Shown here one piece after another: positions 56,542 to 64,000 of a stretch of 64,000 nucleotides of DNA (position 1 is the first letter of the stretch; each line of letters starts with the position of its first letter). The notes below the pieces were generated by a model. It searched no databases, was not told the origin of the DNA, and worked only from the letters and a program-made list of their open reading frames with translations. Position numbers and translations under genes: made by a program. The DNA comes from Trypanosoma brucei (taxonomy: Eukaryota), in the NCBI GenBank assembly GCA_000002445.1, contig CP000070.1:384001-448000 (forward strand). The letters are read 5' to 3'.

Positions 56542-57252
56542 ATGTCGTCTTTAATGTCGGCAAATAATAGTGGTCTCGTCTTCGCTATGGCACTGACCAC
56601 CAACCAAACCTTCTTTCTAACGTACCACATGGGCAGCTACGCTAATAACGCCGTCATGCTTAGCAGCCGGAAACCTATGTTGATGAGAGACGTATTCTTG
56701 ACGAAATCTTCAAGTTTCTTCCCTAACCCCCTTTCGTGCGTTTATGTTCACAGTCCGTTGGATGCTGTGTTAAACAGTTTATTAGCATGGTTTTTAGTGA
56801 GACCAATTATCGAAATCATTGGTTGGAGGTCCGGAGTGGCGATATACTTCGGTTCAGGTTTCTTCAGCAGTTTCGCTTACATATTCAGTAGCCAACTCGG
56901 TACAGGGAGGACGAACACACCGTTTGATTGTGCAGACACGTCAAATGGTGCCTTTTCGGGTTTTGCGACCCTCAGCCTCGTATTGCCAAAATGTTATATA
57001 CCAACAAGCAAGCGCATCCCTACAAGCTACCTTGGTGTCCCATACCTCATCAAATGCTTCTACGACGAATACGTTGCTCCCCATTACGTTGACAAAAGAG
57101 AAAAGGGTGCTATCGAGCTGCGAAACTGGGGATTTGTTGGGGGAGTATTCTTCGTAATGATCTATACATCATTGGTACTTCGAACTAAACATGATATGAC
57201 AACAATGAGGACATTTTGGCGCAACATGGGCATTACTACGCGAAAAAAATAA
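56542..57252 (+). CDS. hypothetical small membrane protein (236 aa)
   Basis: ATG-initiated ORF with several hydrophobic segments. A WR...GSGFF stretch is weakly reminiscent of the rhomboid/derlin GxSG motif, but there is no supporting His. Low confidence. Confidence 0.35.
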   Translation: MSSLMSANNSGLVFAMALTTNQTFFLTYHMGSYANNAVMLSSRKPMLMRDVFLTKSSSFFPNPLSCVYVHSPLDAVLNSLLAWFLVRPIIEIIGWRSGVAIYFGSGFFSSFAYIFSSQLGTGRTNTPFDCADTSNGAFSGFATLSLVLPKCYIPTSKRIPTSYLGVPYLIKCFYDEYVAPHYVDKREKGAIELRNWGFVGGVFFVMIYTSLVLRTKHDMTTMRTFWRNMGITTRKK

Positions 57253-57390
57253 TGCAGAACACACATACTGTGTAACAACAACTTTTATTTTACTTACAAA
57301 AAAAACTCACATTCCCTACTCTGCAAGGAACGAAAAAAAATACCATAATTTTCAACGACAATTAAACGTCACCGTCAAACTGTTTTACCA

Positions 57391-58439
57391 AACCGCAATG
57401 CACTCTTGTAAACGAACACACAGGTAGGCTAGGCGAGGTTTTTCACAAAAGGAATATATATATATATATATAAGGCTACGCCTAAATCCCTTTGACCTCA
57501 TGGGTTGCCAACGTATGGGGACCTATCCCATTGCGGGTGTGGAAGATGTGCGCCGTGCTGTCGTTTTGGAGGTGAACGATTTTTGTATTTCCGTGAAGCT
57601 GCCTCCTGCAAGTGAATTAAGGAAAGATTCCCGGTATGGCATTAACCTTGATGCCCAGGTTGTCGGTTTCAATGCAAGGCGCGTTCGCGACGAATATGAG
57701 CTTGCCTTTCGTATGTATCTTACTGGAAACGATCTTGAGAAGTACGCCCGGAGGTGCACGGTTGGGTACCTTTTTCTTCCATCCGGGGAGGAGCATTACC
57801 TCGGCCCGCTGATATTTGGTAGTGACTCGGTGTGCTCGGCCATGCTTGTGGGGGAAGTGCCATCAAATGTAGAGGTGTGCTTTGAGTGCCTTTCTCTTCC
57901 CAGAGGTATGACGGCTCTGATGCCTGCCTGCTTTCGCCTTGCAGAGATCATGGCGACCATTCTTGATGCTGACGTGCACAATGCATCAGTGGCCTCCTCG
58001 CATATGCAAAACTTGGTGAAACTGTTCCCTTCTTATGGTGACTGCATGATGCAGTTTGATAACTGGACCAAATTTGTGGAGTGCGCGGAAGCTCAACTGG
58101 GACTGTGGTGCACAAGAAGATACACCGAAGACGAAATCAAAAAATATGGATTTCGTAATGTTGCACATTATGAGGAGCCACGTCTTGTCTCAAAACGATT
58201 TATTTACGACTATGTTGATGGGGATGTTGGGAAAGATGCGTTGCATCATGAAAAGTTTGAGGAGTTGAAGAAGCTTGTTGCCGCTGCATTGAACTCTTGC
58301 ACTGACTGCCGGCGTCCTTCTCATCTGTGTAAGAAACACCTCACGGAGATATCAAGCATGCCTTGCGTTCTCCAGCTGAATCCCCCAAACTACTTGGCAC
58401 CCGTGACTGCTGAGGGAATCGTCTGGAGGATTGTTCTCC
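57391..58439 (+). repeat. segmental direct repeat, copy A (at least 1049 bp)
   Basis: Begins at aaccgcaatgcactcttgtaaacgaacacacaggtaggctaggcgagg.... It is identical to 62952-64000 at offset 5561, to the window edge. Confidence 0.9.
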
Positions 58440-58507
58440 AAGACCCCCTCCATCCCCTCCGTGTTGTCTGGGAACGCAAAGTCACGCGGGTTCCAGATTT
58501 TCGCTAA
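57500..58507 (+). CDS. hypothetical protein (335 aa), gene lying in segmental duplication copy A
   Basis: ATG-initiated ORF beginning MGCQRMG. Its first 313 codons are duplicated exactly at 63061-64000. Confidence 0.5.
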   Translation: MGCQRMGTYPIAGVEDVRRAVVLEVNDFCISVKLPPASELRKDSRYGINLDAQVVGFNARRVRDEYELAFRMYLTGNDLEKYARRCTVGYLFLPSGEEHYLGPLIFGSDSVCSAMLVGEVPSNVEVCFECLSLPRGMTALMPACFRLAEIMATILDADVHNASVASSHMQNLVKLFPSYGDCMMQFDNWTKFVECAEAQLGLWCTRRYTEDEIKKYGFRNVAHYEEPRLVSKRFIYDYVDGDVGKDALHHEKFEELKKLVAAALNSCTDCRRPSHLCKKHLTEISSMPCVLQLNPPNYLAPVTAEGIVWRIVLQDPLHPLRVVWERKVTRVPDFR

Positions 58508-59288
58508 TCCCAAATGCTTCCGTACGGCATTCATTATTTTACACCATCATGTAAGCTGTCAGGCAGCAATAGGGTCCTTAACACAATACATTTCCCTCCT
58601 CTTTCGCGTTTGACTTTCAATTCCTCAATGTTTTTGGTTGTCGCTGTTCTGTTTTTAACATTTTGCATGACTAATGTCTTTTGTTCATGTTTGTTCGTTT
58701 CCCTCTACGTCTGCTTTTGATGTTCCGTTATTTTACTTTTACGTTTGCTTTTTTTTCTTTACTGTTTGCTCCACCCCGTACTCCTTACGATTGGTAACAT
58801 CCTGATTCAAATGTCGGCTGCAGGTGATAGGGGAGCGAGCTTATGAAGACGTGGAAGTACTGCTTCTCCGTCATTTTCCCATCTTTTGTGTTTCAGCTCT
58901 TGTATGCGCCACCGAAGCACATTGTTAGATGCTACACATGTGCATGTAGAAGGACTTCCTTTTACGCACCTTTCTTTTTCTTTTCCATAATTATACTTTT
59001 GTGCTGTCTCCTACTGCTTTTCTTACCTTATGTATTTTTTTTACTCTTTGGTTACACACTCGTTACTTATCTTTTCCTTATATCCTTCCTAACATTATGG
59101 TGCTCCCATGGTTTTCCTCTTCTTTCCTGTGCGGTGGGCCCAGTTGCTGCGTCTATCCACTGCATTGCTGACCACTATCCACTCTCCCGTGCACTTATTA
59201 TGTTGTTTTCTCTTTTTTACTTTACTGAGCGCAACCGAATTGTGGGGGACATAGTAGAAGGCAAGACCACTTGACCGCCCTAAGTGCG

Positions 59289-59576
59289 ATGCCTGGGCGA
59301 AGAGGGAAGCAGCGTGTGAAGCGGAAGAAGTCGAAACGTCAGAGGCCTTCCGGGATGGAGCGTGTGCTTATTGAAAGCATACACGTGCGGAAGCATAAGG
59401 AGCGTGACATTCTGAAGCATCACATCCCCCCTTCAGTAAAACCGAGAGTGAAGAAAGTGTCGTTGGATGCGACATTGCCCATGTTTAATGCCATCTCTAA
59501 AAACGCCAACCGGAGTACCTCTTCAGTGACCATGGCGAAGGGAACCAAATCGAACGGTACTGTGGTAGGATGCTGA
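59289..59576 (+). CDS. small highly basic protein (95 aa), hypothetical
   Basis: MPGRRGKQRVKRKKSKRQRPSGMERVLIESIHVRKHKERDILKHH.... The tracked start is TTG; the first ATG is 59289. The coding status is uncertain. Confidence 0.25.
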   Translation: MPGRRGKQRVKRKKSKRQRPSGMERVLIESIHVRKHKERDILKHHIPPSVKPRVKKVSLDATLPMFNAISKNANRSTSSVTMAKGTKSNGTVVGC

Positions 59577-60220
59577 AGTTCCAACTGTTAGTGCACATGC
59601 GCGCTGTGTGGTAAACCCCTGCAAACTATTATACGCGGTTGCGTTGGGAGTACGACTCGTGCATGCGTGTGTGTAATTATTGGGGCTAGTGCTTTGAGAC
59701 GTACTATTGACAGGGCACCTTTACTGTGGAGATGTGCGAGGTGGACGTAATGTAGGTAAGGGTTATCGAGGTGTACCTCATCACTGTGATGCCTCTGTCA
59801 ACAGGTCCCTGCGTTCGTGGCCGCGTGGTGTATGAGTTGCTTCCTACTGTGTCGTGGGGAACTGTGAGCCACACCCTCTGAATTCTCAGCGTGTCCTCTG
59901 CACCTTTATTACGCCTGGGTGGGCCAGCTCTCTCTTCCCCCCGGGTCATGCATGGTGATATCTCTCCTGGCTCCGCATCCACTGTTAGTAGATGGTGGCG
60001 CCTTTAACGTTTGTATACTTCAGTGGTTCTCCTGTTTCAGCGCTTGGTACCGTCCTCCAGTTTCCCAGGAGTGAAGCCCACTATGGGTGTGCCACTGATT
60101 CGTGTCTTTTCTCTCTTTTCTGTCTCGCAACACTTTTGTGTAGTTAGCCCGCCACACTTGACCTTTGTTGAGGAAGGGGAGTGGGGGAACGAACCCACAG
60201 CGGATTAGACGAGACAACGG

Positions 60221-61321
60221 ATGAGTAGAGATGCGACACCCTACGAGGGCGAGGGTGATGATGACGATTATGACGGGGCAATGAGGTGTATTCTCGTGGA
60301 AAAGATACGGCGACACCGTGCTCTCGAGCGTGAGGGAAGCGTTAGGGTTATAACACGGAAAGGTGTACCACCCCCGACACTAGGGGAGCTGCGCGCGATA
60401 GCTGACAGGCGGTCGAGACATGAAGACCTGTTGAGGTTGCAGCGGCGTCTGGATGGGGTAGAGAGACGGATGGGGTTGTGGCGTGACTATCTTTCCTACG
60501 AGCCCCCACCCTTTATGTCCTCCAGCGTTCCTGCTAACGCTTCTGAGACTGGAATCCTTGAGGGACGCGCAGCACTTCTTTCACCACTTTCCACACTGTT
60601 TCGCATTTTGCTCCGCGAGAATCGCGCGCGCGAAAGGCTACGGTTGCTGCGAGCGCGGCCCCCCCTCCCCAAGTCGCAAACGCCATCGCTAGCTAGTGCT
60701 CGACGGATGTCATTGGAGGTGGCTCGTTTTGTGGGAGACGATATATTTGTTCCCCCTGGGGATGGGTGCCGTTCTGCAATAACTTCCGAGCAGTTGCTTG
60801 TAACACCCGCGTATGAGGTCGAACGCCTTCGAAACCCGCTGGTGTTCTTGGCTCGCGAGTACCGTATGGAGCGACTCCCTGAATTCTCACTAAACCCAGC
60901 AAAGTCTCCGGATACTGGTCACAGCTCTGTGGTGAGGAAGGATTGCGGTGCCTCGTCTGCAGTCACATTATCAGACTTCCGCCAGCCACCTGTGATGTTA
61001 GAGGCATTTAATATACCTTGCGGCATTTACGATGTGGGTCGTAGAGTCCACCTCATTCAGGGGTATGAGCCGCTGTACAGCAGTGATGGGCTTGGGTCTC
61101 TTGACTCTCTTAGTAAGGCCGTGAAGTGTAGGCGGGATGGACCGCAACGGGGCGATACTGCCTTCATTGACGGGCGGCTGTCTCAAAGTTTGTGGTGTTC
61201 TGGGACTCCAGCGAAACTACGAGGGCCGCTCCAGGAGGACTCGCTAAGCGGAAGCGACGACGACGAGGTCTCCCCAGCCTTCTGCGCGGATGTCTCATGG
61301 CTTCCCAAGTTCCCCGAGTAA
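60221..61321 (+). CDS. hypothetical protein (366 aa)
   Basis: ATG-initiated ORF with an acidic N-terminus (EGEGDDDDYDG) and an Arg-rich middle. No domain recognised. Confidence 0.45.
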   Translation: MSRDATPYEGEGDDDDYDGAMRCILVEKIRRHRALEREGSVRVITRKGVPPPTLGELRAIADRRSRHEDLLRLQRRLDGVERRMGLWRDYLSYEPPPFMSSSVPANASETGILEGRAALLSPLSTLFRILLRENRARERLRLLRARPPLPKSQTPSLASARRMSLEVARFVGDDIFVPPGDGCRSAITSEQLLVTPAYEVERLRNPLVFLAREYRMERLPEFSLNPAKSPDTGHSSVVRKDCGASSAVTLSDFRQPPVMLEAFNIPCGIYDVGRRVHLIQGYEPLYSSDGLGSLDSLSKAVKCRRDGPQRGDTAFIDGRLSQSLWCSGTPAKLRGPLQEDSLSGSDDDEVSPAFCADVSWLPKFPE

Positions 61322-61616
61322 CAAGATTGCGATAGTGAGGGAATAGTAGAGGATATTCTCTTACTGTGCACTGGGTGTATCATTCTGTCACCCGATGTAA
61401 TGTAATATATGGCGCAAAAGAATGTGCTTTTTGGTGAAGTGGATGCCTCCGGCACTGTTTCATTCGAATGGCTGCGTTTATTTTCTGTGTTGTCACTGCT
61501 CCGCCAACCTCTTGCACGCATCTGAGAACCCACTTGTTGATGCCTCTTTTCCCTTTACTTTTGTGTGCTCCCACCCTACGACCCCGTGTCACGTGACGCA
61601 GTTTTCACCGCCGACG

Positions 61617-62498
61617 ATGGTTGGCGAGAGGACCGTCTCTGGTGGTTGGAAACCTGATAGTTCGGCACCTGTGTGTGACAGCTGCGATGTCACGTTCACT
61701 GTTTACAGGAGACGCCACCACTGCCGTTGTTGCGGCGGCGTGTTTTGCAACTCATGCTCGAATACGTATGTGAGCATCCCAGCATTGCATGAAATGAAAC
61801 CACAGCGCGTGTGCCGCGCCTGTGCAACCGCGTTGTCTGGTGCCACAGATGCCTCTGCCACTGCCGGTTCGGCGGCAACCGACCCCGTGTCCGGCGGTTC
61901 CTTTCCCTCGATTGCGGAAGAGGAGGAGGAGGGAGGTGATGGCATTGTGTCTTCAGGCAGTAGTCGCCTCGACGACGATAGCGGTGATGTTGACGACAGT
62001 TCGTCTCATAGTGGGGACGTTTCGTCTGCCGTCGCGGCTGTGTATTCTTCCGTTGAGGAGGGACCACGCACCAGTAGCATGACCTTCATTGCGGCTTTGC
62101 AAGAGAATCTCAGACACTCGGATGATCCGGGTGTCGTGACAATCCTTATGTATGCTTCGGCGACGAGGCAGCAACTAATTCTTGTTACTGTGAGTGATGG
62201 AGAAACAATGTCGATGCTTGCAGAGCGACTAGCTGACACCTACCTCCGACTGGAGAACGGACCGTTCAAGGCCGCAAGTCTTACCGACCGGGAGAATGCG
62301 CTGAAGAGGTTGCGCTTCTTTAGTGAATCAGCTGCTGTGGATAACGGCGCTCAGGCAGTGTCCGTGGCGCTGCAGCATCGGCGCCTGGTTTTGACCGGTT
62401 GCTCGCTTTCCGAACTGCAGTGTCAGAGCGCGAAACCCCTCGTCCATGATTTTTTCTGCAGTAACATCAGTGCAGGGGAGTGTGGGGAGTGGGAATGA
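61617..62498 (+). CDS. FYVE zinc-finger domain protein
   Basis: WKPDSSAPVCDSCDVTFTVYRRRHHCRCCGGVFCNSCS...RVCRAC matches the FYVE consensus (WxxD, RRHHCR, CxxC pairs). The 5' part of tracked ORF 61422 is a pyrimidine-rich UTR; the first ATG after the polyY tract and acgcag is 61617. Confidence 0.6.
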   Translation: MVGERTVSGGWKPDSSAPVCDSCDVTFTVYRRRHHCRCCGGVFCNSCSNTYVSIPALHEMKPQRVCRACATALSGATDASATAGSAATDPVSGGSFPSIAEEEEEGGDGIVSSGSSRLDDDSGDVDDSSSHSGDVSSAVAAVYSSVEEGPRTSSMTFIAALQENLRHSDDPGVVTILMYASATRQQLILVTVSDGETMSMLAERLADTYLRLENGPFKAASLTDRENALKRLRFFSESAAVDNGAQAVSVALQHRRLVLTGCSLSELQCQSAKPLVHDFFCSNISAGECGEWE

Positions 62499-62951
62499 AG
62501 AAAGTGACTTTGTGCAATTATCGTTGCTGCAAATCACCCTTTTTAAGGTCTGCGTATGGACTATGCGTATTCCCAGGTTGGGTATGTAGTTACTTGAAGG
62601 AGGATAACCCCGTCTTCTAACCTAACCGGTGCCTTCCTTGCCGCATTCCGGCTTCTGGCGCCATCAGTCGCTGCTTGGTTTCATTTCCAACCACTCAATG
62701 ACTCATGGGGGATCTCTTTTACTTCACCTTTTTCCCCTTCTCACACTGTCGATGTGACAGTGTCTTTTCAGTGTTCTGCGTAATCCCTTGTTCATTTTCC
62801 TTTTCCCTCTTTGCTGCTAGAAGTTGCGCATTATGTGCGTTGTTGTGGTGCCAGTAGCACGTGTGTACTGATACACGCTCCTTTATGTGCGTGTGTGCGA
62901 ATCCGAGTAGGTACTGTGTTCTCTCCTCCTTTCTCGTACAACAAATTGTAT

Positions 62952-64000
62952 AACCGCAATGCACTCTTGTAAACGAACACACAGGTAGGCTAGGCGAGGT
63001 TTTTCACAAAAGGAATATATATATATATATATAAGGCTACGCCTAAATCCCTTTGACCTCATGGGTTGCCAACGTATGGGGACCTATCCCATTGCGGGTG
63101 TGGAAGATGTGCGCCGTGCTGTCGTTTTGGAGGTGAACGATTTTTGTATTTCCGTGAAGCTGCCTCCTGCAAGTGAATTAAGGAAAGATTCCCGGTATGG
63201 CATTAACCTTGATGCCCAGGTTGTCGGTTTCAATGCAAGGCGCGTTCGCGACGAATATGAGCTTGCCTTTCGTATGTATCTTACTGGAAACGATCTTGAG
63301 AAGTACGCCCGGAGGTGCACGGTTGGGTACCTTTTTCTTCCATCCGGGGAGGAGCATTACCTCGGCCCGCTGATATTTGGTAGTGACTCGGTGTGCTCGG
63401 CCATGCTTGTGGGGGAAGTGCCATCAAATGTAGAGGTGTGCTTTGAGTGCCTTTCTCTTCCCAGAGGTATGACGGCTCTGATGCCTGCCTGCTTTCGCCT
63501 TGCAGAGATCATGGCGACCATTCTTGATGCTGACGTGCACAATGCATCAGTGGCCTCCTCGCATATGCAAAACTTGGTGAAACTGTTCCCTTCTTATGGT
63601 GACTGCATGATGCAGTTTGATAACTGGACCAAATTTGTGGAGTGCGCGGAAGCTCAACTGGGACTGTGGTGCACAAGAAGATACACCGAAGACGAAATCA
63701 AAAAATATGGATTTCGTAATGTTGCACATTATGAGGAGCCACGTCTTGTCTCAAAACGATTTATTTACGACTATGTTGATGGGGATGTTGGGAAAGATGC
63801 GTTGCATCATGAAAAGTTTGAGGAGTTGAAGAAGCTTGTTGCCGCTGCATTGAACTCTTGCACTGACTGCCGGCGTCCTTCTCATCTGTGTAAGAAACAC
63901 CTCACGGAGATATCAAGCATGCCTTGCGTTCTCCAGCTGAATCCCCCAAACTACTTGGCACCCGTGACTGCTGAGGGAATCGTCTGGAGGATTGTTCTCC
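62952..64000 (+). repeat. segmental direct repeat, copy B (runs to window end)
   Basis: Identical to 57391-58439, including the (TA)n microsatellite and the start of the 335-aa gene. Confidence 0.9.
63061..64000 (+). CDS. second copy of the 57500-58507 gene (3' end beyond window)
   Basis: Sequence identical to 57500-58439. The frame is open to the window edge. Confidence 0.5.
   Translation, partial: MGCQRMGTYPIAGVEDVRRAVVLEVNDFCISVKLPPASELRKDSRYGINLDAQVVGFNARRVRDEYELAFRMYLTGNDLEKYARRCTVGYLFLPSGEEHYLGPLIFGSDSVCSAMLVGEVPSNVEVCFECLSLPRGMTALMPACFRLAEIMATILDADVHNASVASSHMQNLVKLFPSYGDCMMQFDNWTKFVECAEAQLGLWCTRRYTEDEIKKYGFRNVAHYEEPRLVSKRFIYDYVDGDVGKDALHHEKFEELKKLVAAALNSCTDCRRPSHLCKKHLTEISSMPCVLQLNPPNYLAPVTAEGIVWRIVL

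Noticed and set aside
56520-56545. tRNA-like T-loop string ggttcgaat just before ATG 56542
   Set aside because: The flanking bases cannot form the 5-bp T-stem or an acceptor stem, so this is a coincidental match. I could not identify any tRNA by eye elsewhere in the window.
56542-57252. Rhomboid-protease assignment for the 236-aa membrane protein
   Set aside because: Only a WR...GSGFF stretch resembles the GxSG motif. No TM6 His or Gly-rich motif is seen, and the protein is too short. Kept as a hypothetical membrane protein only.

Overview
This window is not prokaryotic. It reads as one strand of a kinetoplastid nuclear chromosome. All convincing genes, about 35, lie on the + strand. They are separated by pyrimidine-rich intergenic regions carrying (TA)n, (GT)n and (CA)n microsatellites, the organisation expected of a trans-spliced polycistronic transcription unit. 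The gene content fits a Trypanosoma brucei-like chromosome-7 segment, but that placement is an inference from memory, not a database hit. That content is RNA-editing TUTase RET2 with Asp97/Asp99, an EIF4E6-like small cap-binding protein, SIR2rp1, a three-copy RPL7 tandem array, and tandem APRT paralogs of which the second ends in -SRL. I found no CRISPR array, phage element, transposon, operon or defence island, and no obvious undescribed system. The interesting content is structural: a perfect segmental duplication of at least 1049 bp separated by 5561 bp, and an RPL7 array with a 1013-bp unit. It is also protein-level: a PFK-2/FBPase-2 with ankyrin repeats and degenerate catalytic motifs, a FAM20-like secretory kinase candidate, an eIF4E with its cap-stacking tryptophans replaced, and large proteins with no recognisable domain. 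The supplied ORF track uses TTG/GTG/CTG as starts and prints them as M. For a eukaryote I moved each start to the first in-frame ATG, usually just downstream of a polypyrimidine tract and AG acceptor. Display-derived coordinates may be off by 1 nt in places; ORF-track coordinates were trusted.
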